From NCBI GenBank assembly GCA_963779615.1, contig CAVZZA010000003.1:960001-1024000 (forward strand): a stretch of 64,000 nucleotides of DNA. The letters are read 5' to 3'. Positions 34,380-45,072 of the stretch are shown here, one piece after another (position 1 is the stretch's first letter; each line of letters starts with the position of its first letter). The stretch is from an uncultured Nitrososphaeraceae archaeon. Its GTDB lineage: Archaea > Thermoproteota > Nitrososphaeria > Nitrososphaerales > Nitrososphaeraceae. The notes below the pieces were generated by a model. The model saw only the letters and a program-made list of their open reading frames with translations, had not been told where the DNA came from and ran no database searches. The position numbers were made by a program, and so were the translations under genes.

Positions 34380-34835
34380 TCAACCAATGGTATCACTCCT
34401 TTTACTATTGACAATATTTCTTAATTTTTCAGTAAAAATCTCGATATCCCATGAGTCATCGTACCGTATCCCATTAATATAAAAACAAGGAGTTCCATTA
34501 ACACCGCTACGAACTCCACTTAGAAAGTCTTCCTTTACTCTAGGAAGGTAAATATGTTCAGACATATCTTGGTTAAATTTATTTAAGTCCAATCTTAACT
34601 CTAGCATATTTTTCTAAATGTATACCATCAAGTGCTTGTTGGTGTTCATACAAATAATCGTGCATTTCCCAAAACTTATTCTGACTTCCCGCACTCTCAG
34701 CTGCTTCTGCAGCATTCTGAGCATGAGGATGACTTTGAGTAATTGGAAAATGACGGAATGCAAATCGCAGGTCCTCATCAAAACTGTTCTGAATTTGTTT
34801 GATAATTGGATATGCTTGTCCACAATATGGACAGG
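34380..34835 (-). pseudogene. DsbA-family oxidoreductase pseudogene
   Basis: FPITQSHPHAQNAAEAAE..FWEMHD and GVRSGVNGTPCFYING in different frames; CxxC-bearing N-terminus missing. Confidence 0.8.
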
Positions 34836-34874
34836 AATTTAGATTGAGGATATTAAAACATTACAGTGTGTTTT

Positions 34875-35204
34875 TTAATTGCTACTTACCATAAGTTTAT
34901 AGCTTTTTATTGATTCCAAATTGCTAACATCACTAAGACCGACAGCCATTTTAAATGGAGCATATTCTGATGGTTGAATTGTTGTGGGGTCAGTAAATGT
35001 ATAGGACATTCCTGTGAAATAATTAGGTACGCTTGTAATGTTTAACACAGGATTTGAAGTTGAAATAATGCTTTTGATTTCGTTATTTGTATTTGTAGAT
35101 TCACTTTGTGCTTTTATATATTGGGGCCCTGTTGCTATAAGAACCACTGCTAACAAAATCGCTCCAATGATCACAATACTTAATCCAAGTTTTGATTGAT
35201 TCAT
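34875..35204 (-). CDS. Small secreted hypothetical protein, possibly internally deleted
   Basis: Signal peptide; TIQPSEYAPFKM resembles the end of an FxLYD-type domain. Confidence 0.55.
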   Translation of the reverse strand: MNQSKLGLSIVIIGAILLAVVLIATGPQYIKAQSESTNTNNEIKSIISTSNPVLNITSVPNYFTGMSYTFTDPTTIQPSEYAPFKMAVGLSDVSNLESIKSYKLMVSSN

Positions 35205-35559
35205 GTTTACAGAGATTTATTTTACCATTTCTATATAAGGATACAAAATTAAAAATAAAAACAGGACAAGTTAATTCAACACGTATTATACGCACCATAT
35301 CTATAAAAATACTAAAGAATATTTAAGAAATGGTATAAAAAAAGCATTAAGAAAAACCACCCTCTACTAATTCTACTTTTTTCCACATATTATTAACTTT
35401 CTTGACATCTAAGGGTTAATTTTTCCTTACCCTCTGGACATATTCAAAATATATTGACATGCCAAATTCAAGTTCTATCTGCAAGGAAAGTCGATGAGTT
35501 GCAAAAGAAGTTGATTATTAATATATTTTTAATATAATTGATAAGATATTGCATAAAGC

Positions 35560-35985
35560 GGCTCTGTTCACTTAAGGAAAAGTTATAGCTTGAGGATGCT
35601 TTGTCTCAATTATGATTATTAGAAACAGAACACCCTCAAATTATATTGGTCATGGATTGTATTTGTACTTTTCAGGCCTGTCATTTAGAAGAACATCTGA
35701 GCGGCTTTTATGTTTTGTTAAGCGAAACCATGTTTCAGTCTGGAATTGGATTCAGAAATACCATCCCCAAAAGATATCGTCTTAGGGAAAGAAGGTGGCT
35801 GAATTTATTGTGGATGAAACGACAATTAAGGCAGGTTCTGAATATGTCTGGCTTTGGGTTGCCATGGAGCCTAAAAATAAGCAAATTCTCACACTGTCCA
35901 TATACCGGGAAAGAAACATATTTGTTGCCGAGCGCTTTTTACTAGCCATTGTCAAAGATTATGGAAAACGCCCCGTACCAACAGA
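35560..35985 (+). mobile_element. Truncated IS6-family element (left IR and 5' two-thirds of transposase)
   Basis: IR GGCTCTGTTCACTTAAG; ATG 35612 MIIRNRTPS..; in-frame TAG; homology stops at YGKRPVPTD. Confidence 0.88.
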
Positions 35986-36218
35986 CTTTGCTGAATCCAG
36001 GCAGCGTTCACCATATACATTCTTAAAAGTAATAATTGGAGATGCATATTTGCCACCATCTGATGCGGCAACACATATCCCTTTGTTAGTAAAAAATTCA
36101 TAAACGAATTCTACTGCAGAATCACTGTCACCTAGGACAGTTCTTCCGGCTTCACCCTTGACTTTTAAAAACGGGTTTCCATGAGAATTTATCCCGAAAC
36201 TTGTTATCTTAAAGGACC
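35986..36218 (-). pseudogene. Internal fragment of a secreted-protein gene
   Basis: Open frame SFKITSFGINSHGNPFLKVKGEAGRTV.. with no start of its own. Confidence 0.4.
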
Positions 36219-36220
36219 AG

Positions 36221-37492
36221 TCAAGAAGTTGGAACTATTCGGTATATTGAACCTGCAAATGTAAGAACGTAGAGGTAGCCATCATCAGGTCCAACCTGTA
36301 AGTCCGTAATTCCGCCATCAAATCCACTGGCGAATATTAATGGTTGACTGTCCTGCGGTGTATTGGATATCTTGTTAGCTAGTGTTCCGTTAAGAGCTAG
36401 CCCTGTTCTAGCTTGGTCTAGCTTGAAGTGATAAAGATCGCCATTTTTGTAGTCCCCTACAAACATATCATTTTGGTATTGTTTGCCAAGTTTTACAGAA
36501 TCAAGGAACTTTAGCGCTGTAGGAGCTACCGGCTTCAGCCATGTGAATTCAGGAGGTCTGTATTTGCCTTTTCCTGCAAAGTCTACCAAGTTGGATGATG
36601 GATTAGAAATGACTTGTCCAGCAGTCTCTTTTCCTATTGTCCCTTCCGGAGCCCATGTTCCCATTACCTGTGCCCATCCACTGTTAAATCCAGGTTCAAC
36701 AAGATTGATCTCATCCCCATATTTAGGACCGTTTTCGGTATCCCATAGATTGTTGGTCACAGGATCAAAGCCAATCCCAAAACTGTTGCGTACCCCATAT
36801 GCATAATACAGATTTAGAGGAGCCGTAGCTTGCCCAAGTGGAGGGTCTGGTACGGGCTGACCGTCCTGTGTAACCCTTAGTATACCTCCGGTGCTATCTG
36901 CAGGCGGTCCATTGACTACATTCTCAGTTTGGGTTCTGTGGGTTTTGAGATCACCAATAACAGCATATACGTTATTGTCAGGACCAACAACTACCTTGCC
37001 ACCATTATGGTTAGTGCCGGGAAGTGCAGGGAGACTTAGCAGAAGCTTGGGATTGACTAACTGTTGGTTGTTGTTTACTAATTCATATCTATAAAGAACA
37101 TTTGCAAGTGATTGTGCACCACCACCAGGTGCTGTATAGTACAGGAAGACGTATGTAGGACCATTATTGTGCTTTGCAATAGCAATACCAAGCATACCTC
37201 TTTCATTTGTTGGTGAAACAGGAACTTGAAGTAGGGGTTGCGAAAGCACTTTACCATCTGTAATTCTCTGTACTGTGCCAGTTTCTTTCTCTAATGCTAA
37301 AATGTCGTTTGGTCCCAAGAATGCCATGCTTGTAGAAGGTTGTAATCCCTGAGCTACTAACTCCACCTTTAGGTTAGGATCTTTTAATACTGCTGGTTGA
37401 GCTATGACCGAGTTAAATGGATGTGTTAATCCAATTGAGACCGTAACGGCCAATACTAAGGCCAATAGACCTTGAATTTGAGATTTAGTCAT
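36221..37492 (-). CDS. PQQ-dependent sugar (glucose/sorbosone) dehydrogenase, secreted
   Basis: NERGMLGIA, NHNGG, YAYGVRNSFG..FDP, ENGP..DEIN, GFNSGW. Confidence 0.93.
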   Translation of the reverse strand: MTKSQIQGLLALVLAVTVSIGLTHPFNSVIAQPAVLKDPNLKVELVAQGLQPSTSMAFLGPNDILALEKETGTVQRITDGKVLSQPLLQVPVSPTNERGMLGIAIAKHNNGPTYVFLYYTAPGGGAQSLANVLYRYELVNNNQQLVNPKLLLSLPALPGTNHNGGKVVVGPDNNVYAVIGDLKTHRTQTENVVNGPPADSTGGILRVTQDGQPVPDPPLGQATAPLNLYYAYGVRNSFGIGFDPVTNNLWDTENGPKYGDEINLVEPGFNSGWAQVMGTWAPEGTIGKETAGQVISNPSSNLVDFAGKGKYRPPEFTWLKPVAPTALKFLDSVKLGKQYQNDMFVGDYKNGDLYHFKLDQARTGLALNGTLANKISNTPQDSQPLIFASGFDGGITDLQVGPDDGYLYVLTFAGSIYRIVPTS

Positions 37493-38144
37493 CTAAATTG
37501 ACATCTTATCGCATGCAACGGATTTATATTTATCCATATGTCCTTGCATGTCATTCATTTACTAAATATCTGGCCACAGGGAAGAACTTGTTGGTATGTG
37601 TCTTGAAACAAGATCTGTTAACGTTTCTGTAATAGCTATACCATTTAGGGTAAGTTATTAAACATCTCTTAGTGAATAGTTTCTCATATCCAGATTGAAC
37701 CGTTTTATTCTGAAATATCCAGATAGTTTATTCTCAAATTCCAGTCAACTTTGCTTATACATCATTTTAAGAATTAATAACATGAAGAAAAGATATATGT
37801 TTGTGCATTTGTGCTAATTGGTATAGTTAGTATAGTAGAGGGTGTTAACCAGTCCTAATTATGCAAGATCTAGTATTTTAAAAAATTATATTACCTAACT
37901 AAAAATATTATTCCTGTCAATATTTTTTCTATACCCAATTCGTCTCTAATGTTCATTGATGCACTAGCAGATGTAGATGGTTTATACCTCTTAGGAACAC
38001 AAGAAACCACAAATGTCAACATTATAACATTAATTAAATTTTCAAAATCAACAATTTTGCTATCATCGTCTCATAGAAGAGACAATGATATACACCTCTC
38101 AAACTGTTTATTATTAATGTATTCTATACTGAAGCAATATCGAA

Positions 38145-38927
38145 ATGGTTGAAATAACAAAGCAAGCACATTCAATAGATGGATTTACCCATCCTTATCC
38201 TGGTGGAAAGGTTGTTCCTTATTTATTTATAGAAGATGTAGATGCAGATGATTTAACCTTAATTGATCCTTCATTTCTTCCACAACTGCCAATACTAGAG
38301 GATTATATACATGATTTAGGCTACAACATGAAGGATATAAAACGTGTTATTTTGACTCACTTACATATTGATCATGCGCAAGCAGCTAATGAGATAAGAA
38401 ATAGAACAGGTGCTAAAATTTATTCTCATTGGATCGAGGCAGGATATTTAGCCCATAATCCGCCATATCCTGGTCCTCCAACTGCTCAAGCAATACAAAA
38501 TATACTCAAAGAGTCTGGACTTTCGCAAGAAGAGTTAACAAAGAAATTTGGAAGTATGGAATTAGAGCCTATAATCGTAGATAATCAAGTGTCTGATGGA
38601 GACATGATTGGTAGTCTTAAGGTCATTCATACGCCAGGACACACACCAGGCCACATATCACTTTATTATGGTGAAGATAGAACTATTTTTGGAGCAGACA
38701 GCATCTACAAGAATGTATTTGGTGCAGACCATATGTATATTGCTCCAGCTGTTGTATCAATAGATCCAGTAACTGCGGTGATCTCTGCACAAAGGCTTTC
38801 TAAGATAAAGTTTGATAAATTATTGATGTCTCATCAAGATTCACCTTTAGTTGAAAGGGCAAGAGAAACTGTAGAACAACTTGTCTCAAACACTATTGAG
38901 CAAATAAGACCTCAAAACAACGGATAA
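38145..38927 (+). CDS. MBL-fold metallo-hydrolase
   Basis: THLHIDH, HTPGHTPGH, GAD, SH. Confidence 0.92.
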   Translation: MVEITKQAHSIDGFTHPYPGGKVVPYLFIEDVDADDLTLIDPSFLPQLPILEDYIHDLGYNMKDIKRVILTHLHIDHAQAANEIRNRTGAKIYSHWIEAGYLAHNPPYPGPPTAQAIQNILKESGLSQEELTKKFGSMELEPIIVDNQVSDGDMIGSLKVIHTPGHTPGHISLYYGEDRTIFGADSIYKNVFGADHMYIAPAVVSIDPVTAVISAQRLSKIKFDKLLMSHQDSPLVERARETVEQLVSNTIEQIRPQNNG

Positions 38928-38969
38928 AAAAAGTGATAATATCAGGGCAACTAACTAAGATACATTCAT

Positions 38970-39375
38970 GTTTACAGGGATGCCCTATGATATTTTAATT
39001 TCTTCATCATCATCACACCATCTTTCATACTAACTGTCATATTGTGTTCAGCATTACTCATTTGCTTCATCGTTGCAGGCATACAAACCATCATATTCAT
39101 AGCTTTTTGAAATTCATTCCCCGTCATATTTTTGTCAATACCTACTTGTGCCGTCGCTAATCCATCTATCTCTTGGATTGTACTATACCGGCAATAGCAT
39201 TGCCACTCGCTGTACTTACTGCCCCTTTGATTATACCACTAGGCGTAGTACACATGATTGGCATGGCCATAACTCCCATCTTAAATGGGATGAACGAATA
39301 ATTGCTTGATGTAATCATCTTCATATCTATCGGGTCAATTGGATCAAATAAGGGAGGAACGAATTGCCCATTCAC
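38970..39375 (-). pseudogene. Met-rich protein fragment
   Basis: GVMAMPIMCTT.. continuing after a break into KAMNMMVCMPATMKQM..GVMMM. Confidence 0.45.
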
Positions 39376-39764
39376 TGCTCTCCTGCTCCTCCGCCTTCTT
39401 GAGGTATTCTAGGCAGGACCACTATCCATATCTTTGTCTTGGTTGTTATATACTGCTGTGTACCCTTTAAGGTAAAGCCCTTAATAATCACCTCCATGTA
39501 GTTTAGCCTAACCAACTCTTTCTCTGTCCTTCTCAACTGCCTTAATGACTTTACTTTCTTTAGTATTATTAAATTATCACTAAATTCAAAATCGTTTCCA
39601 TAATTAAAATTATTAGAATTTTTATCCGTAAATGCCAAGATTATATTCATAAACATGCTGTAATGGCATAAGGCTTTTTTTGTTACTTGAGCAGAGTCCA
39701 CTTTTCTTATAATACAAATATCTAAATGAAACGAAAATATTATCAAGGAATTTAACTATTATTT

Positions 39765-39848
39765 AGAGCCTATCCCAAAATTGTCTTTCTACAGATTATG
39801 ATACTGCAAAACATTTGCACCAAGCCAAGCCAATTCTCGACCTTTTAA
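39765..39848 (-). mobile_element. IS5-family right-end remnant
   Basis: KVENWLGLVQMFCSIIICRKTILG* resembles IS5 transposase C-termini and ends in GATAGGCTCT. Confidence 0.55.
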
Positions 39849-40428
39849 GTGTGTTAAATTTTTGCAGGAACAGGTCAACATTGTGGCCTCAGCCACATGA
39901 CATACATGCTGTTTCAATGTAATCTTTACTACATCGCATTTATCAAATGAACTGAATTGAGAGTAAAATGATAGAATAATTATATTTCATTTTTATTGAT
40001 CATATAACATTAAATGTCGTTGACATAAGCAGGGTCGGACATGTATCAAATTTGTATGTAATCGAGTTTATAAGATTAACTTTTTTTATATAAATAAATA
40101 GGAAGATTTGATAATTATTTCATTAAAATAAACTTTACAAATTCAATAACAAAATAAACCTAGATATGGACTGGACTATTTAGTTCTGCCGGGGTTCATA
40201 TTTCAATTTTTACGAAGAAAATCTTGTTGATTTTATTAGTGTGACTTATTAGTTTTATAATGAGATTGTGTAAAGTAAATAGCCTACATCGGGCCAGTGG
40301 GGATAAAGATTCAGATTTGAATGTAATCTTTTTTACTATTTTGCAACGACTTGAATTCTTATTATAATAATCATGATAATGACCTTAACGATTTAGTTAA
40401 GATAATTGAATCTTGCAATGTCATTGGT

Positions 40429-40470
40429 ATGGGCCAGGTGGTTTGCACGATATTTTTGCCTTTGATATGA
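40429..40470 (+). repeat. att-like dispersed repeat
   Basis: ATGGGCCAGGTGGTTTGCACGATATTTTTGCCTTTGAT. Confidence 0.65.
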
Positions 40471-40706
40471 ATATGACAAATTCTAAGGAAGAAATAAAAA
40501 TGATCGATACATGTTCATTTCAAATATTATTTTTCCAACTAAAATATAATGGATTTTAAAATGATTATGAAGATGAAGTTTTATTGAATCTTGACTCTAA
40601 AGTATTTTATTATTACAACTTGAATAAAACTTTTTTTCTTTGAATATAGACTGCAGATAGTTGCAAAAGGCTACTGCTTTTTAACTATTAACATTCAATA
40701 TATGAC

Positions 40707-41021
40707 ATGGCCTTTTATTTAGTAAAAGCCAAACCCAAAGACAATATTGCCGATATCCGTTATGACATAGACCATTGAATCATTCATACTTTAATCCCAT
40801 TTGGAAAATCACTGCAATATGGTCTAGAAAATGCAAGATTAAATGATCATGGCGAGTATGCAGTATGGATTGAAGAAGATTATTGCTTGCCACCTTTAGC
40901 AATGGAAAAAGAAACGGTATTGGACAGATATTTTGATAATATCAGAGTGGAATTTGTTCCATCAAAAGAGGAAGGATGGAATAAAATTAAAGATAAACAG
41001 CTATTTTGGAGGGCAGAATGA
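40707..41021 (+). pseudogene. Conserved small protein (EEDYC.PPLA family) with one in-frame TGA
   Basis: MAFYLVKAKPK..DH*IIHTLIPFG..WIEEDYCLPPLAMEKETVLDRYF..EEGW; TGA at 40776-40778. Confidence 0.8.
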
Positions 41022-41485
41022 GCCTGTAATTTCTGATGAGTAAAAGAGAGGGGTTTTAATGAATGCATAATTTAATTCGTCATAACGAACTCTGCTTTTC
41101 GCTATTTTGTGCTTAATCATATTTCCTATATTTGTTGCAACTAAGCAATAATTATTTTAAATGTATTAATTGTATTATTCTTATTCTTCATTGCCAAAAC
41201 AATTTTACTTGGTTGAAAGTGTCTTAGCACACCATTTGAAACCTTCGGTATGGTCAGGGAAGCGGAGATTAGCAACAAATTCGACTATTTATCTGGCCCA
41301 TGTGCATATTTTCAATAACAATGACATTTGACTAATAACTGGAGCAGGGCTGAACCAATGATTGTCGAAAAAGCCCAAGTTTATTGAATCAACAGTAATA
41401 AATCCAAATAAATATGATAATCGGAAGGACTGAATAAAGAATTACTAATCATTTTTATTGGATACATCTATAATAAAAAAATATA

Positions 41486-41725
41486 ATGAATGATTTTGAT
41501 AAATTCGAAAAATCAGTACAAAGATATGATGACTTCGTTAAGCGATTAGAACAAAAGAAAACCGTTGATCATAATTCATTCCGAAATAAGTTTAAAATAC
41601 ATGCCAATCAGGCCTTAAATGATCAGCTCGACTTAGCTGGCAAGGCTTTGGAAAATAATGACACAGGCAAAGCAGAACTACATACTGCCTATGCTTCATT
41701 TTATAAGAGGATGTTAGAAATATAA
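41486..41725 (+). CDS. Small helical hypothetical protein
   Basis: 79 aa ATG ORF after an AT-rich promoter-like stretch. Confidence 0.6.
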   Translation: MNDFDKFEKSVQRYDDFVKRLEQKKTVDHNSFRNKFKIHANQALNDQLDLAGKALENNDTGKAELHTAYASFYKRMLEI

Positions 41726-41850
41726 TGACAAATCATGTTAGGGTTTATAGAAATAGGAACGACTGATAGTGCAAAATCCTTAAAAATAAACAGAGGGAAT
41801 ATTAAAGGAAATTAAAACAGATAGTATTCTCTATTTAATATTATTAAAAA

Positions 41851-41874
41851 CCTGGTTCGAATCCGGTGGGGCTA
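41851..41874 (+). other. tRNA T-arm/3' remnant
   Basis: CCTGGTTCGAATCCGGTGGGGCTA, canonical GGTTCGAATCC with no upstream tRNA body. Confidence 0.45.
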
Positions 41875-42197
41875 ATGCCGATATCGGTTCTTTAAAGTGG
41901 ATTCTAATTCTGTTGGAACTGTCAAGGATATGAAGTTTTCAATTCATAAAAAATACATTATCCTTTTTTTGTCAGTGTATAAAAAATCATGCAAGTTATT
42001 GTAGTGTCTTTTGTTGCTATTAAGGACATGTATGAAAAACATTCCTAAATTACAAGATAAAGTTATGTTAAACATTCCTCGTTTCATTCACAGTGTTAAT
42101 GTATCACTATTCTTTTTAGGTGGATTATATTAAAATTAACATAGGGAATCAAGAGACCCATTTTAAATATACTATAATCTTCACATGAATTCCAATT

Positions 42198-42776
42198 ATG
42201 AATAACACAAGAAATTTGTTATTGGTAGCCATAATCGCAGCAACACTGGTCATGGGGACAAGCATTATCCCAATGCAGTCATATGCAGACAGAGACAAAG
42301 ACTTTAAATCTTCAATAATTGCAAACTATGAATCAGGCAAAAAGAGCGCAAGCCAACACCAGGACCAGGACAACTTCTGCTACAGGGGCGACGATTGTGA
42401 GCAAGCCAACCAGGGACAACAGATAGTAGGAAAGGACAATGACGCAAAAGGGTTCAATGACCAAAGCGACAACCTCGCGCTATCCGCATTAGAAAACGAA
42501 ACTGGTAATGGCAATGGAACAGGCAATGGCAATGGCGGAACAACACCCCAACAAAAATGTGAACTTTGTCTACTAAATGTGAATCTAGCAGAATTCTTCG
42601 GCAATCCCGGGATTATTGATTTAGGAATTGATACCAATGCAGAGCTTTGCGCAGCACTCGTAAGTGGCTCACTTCCAGCAAAGGCATTAGTTTTCTTATT
42701 GACGTTTCTAACAGATGCTACAGAACAATGTTTGGTAGCTGCAGGCATTAATCTGACAATACGAGCTATTCCATAA
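42198..42776 (+). CDS. Secreted protein with QDN.CY..C.QAN..GFNDQS module and Cys-containing helical C-terminus
   Basis: Signal peptide, shared module, GN-rich linker. Confidence 0.85.
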   Translation: MNNTRNLLLVAIIAATLVMGTSIIPMQSYADRDKDFKSSIIANYESGKKSASQHQDQDNFCYRGDDCEQANQGQQIVGKDNDAKGFNDQSDNLALSALENETGNGNGTGNGNGGTTPQQKCELCLLNVNLAEFFGNPGIIDLGIDTNAELCAALVSGSLPAKALVFLLTFLTDATEQCLVAAGINLTIRAIP

Positions 42777-43230
42777 TCTTAGAAAAGAATTACAGAATAA
42801 CGAAAAAGACACCTAAAGTAGGTGTTAAATCCTTTTTTTATTTTTATTAAGGTTCTTCGCATGTATAGAAAAGAATTTTTATTTACCATGGATTCTAGAA
42901 TTGACTAATCGTCAAATATTTCCTTTAGTCTTTTAATGCCTTCTAAATGTTCCTTGGAAATTCCATTATCTCCATAGTTCAGTTGGGTCTGCATTGTTTC
43001 AGTGATTTTGTCGTCAACCTGCTTAGATTTATTGGGTGACTCGCAGACATTGTCTTCCGGTCCACTATCTTCTTTTGCTTCTTCTTTGATAATATTACAT
43101 CCAAAAGGATTATCTGATTTTTTATGCTTATCAAAAACTTTTCTTCCGATTGGATTCCTATCAGTGTCTCATCGTTCTTATTTGAGTATTGCTCTAGACA
43201 TAGACTGATCGCGTATTTTATATTTATGAG

Positions 43231-43494
43231 GTGGATGATATCTATTTGCTATACTATCTTTACAACCAAATAGAATTGGAAGGTCTTGTCACCGAAAAGG
43301 ACATTCACAGGATTATAGAGCAGGCAGGTGAACTTGGGAACCTTGACCAAACCCTTATTGAGACTGCCAGTGATATCAGCAGGCTAAACTTCTTCAAGTC
43401 AAACCTTGAAAATGATGTTGACGAACTGACAAGAAAGATAGACGAGTATGATGCCACACTTTTGGAAAGGAGTCAGCAAGCAAGGCAGTTCTAA
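43231..43494 (+). CDS. Coiled-coil hypothetical protein, probably a 3' gene fragment
   Basis: 87 aa ORF with GTG start at the edge of a GC-richer block. Confidence 0.45.
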   Translation: MDDIYLLYYLYNQIELEGLVTEKDIHRIIEQAGELGNLDQTLIETASDISRLNFFKSNLENDVDELTRKIDEYDATLLERSQQARQF

Positions 43495-43692
43495 TGGTTG
43501 AGTCAAGGGTTGATGTTGTCAAGGATGGCTAATTATGGGATTGTCTGGAACTGAAGAGATGCCGTAAATACTCCCCCTGATTTGTTTAGTGTCAGCGTTA
43601 TGCTGTTTTTTGTAGGATAATAAACACAAAATGAAATTGCAATGTCAAATGCCCTATTTCATATAAACTGAAAACTTGACAACCTTTTATAT

Positions 43693-44778
<1,086 letters not shown>

Positions 44779-45072
44779 CACCCAACCATGATCTTGTTTG
44801 GGACTGTGCAACGGGAAACGGCCAGGCTGCAATTGGTTTGTGCAAACACTTTAAAAAAATAATAGCAAGTGACGCAAGCAAAAGCCAAATTGATAACAAA
44901 TTTGAAAGGGAAAACATAACCTAAGTATTTCCGGCTGAAAAAACAAGCTTGCCTAACAATTGCTTTGGTTTGCTGTTAAAAGGGGATAGTTTTAAAAAAA
45001 ATTCTTGATTCTGTTGCCCAATACATTCTCACCACCACCACTACCACCTTTCTGCACAGTAACATCCTGTTT

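Noticed and set aside
39372-39746. 124-aa ORF
   Set aside because: N-terminal half looks non-coding; only the last 55 or so codons look like a gene fragment, and no function can be assigned
9768-40470. att-like repeats as classical integron attC sites
   Set aside because: No RYYYAAC/GTTRRRY ends or long imperfect palindrome visible and no IntI gene; kept only as an analogy
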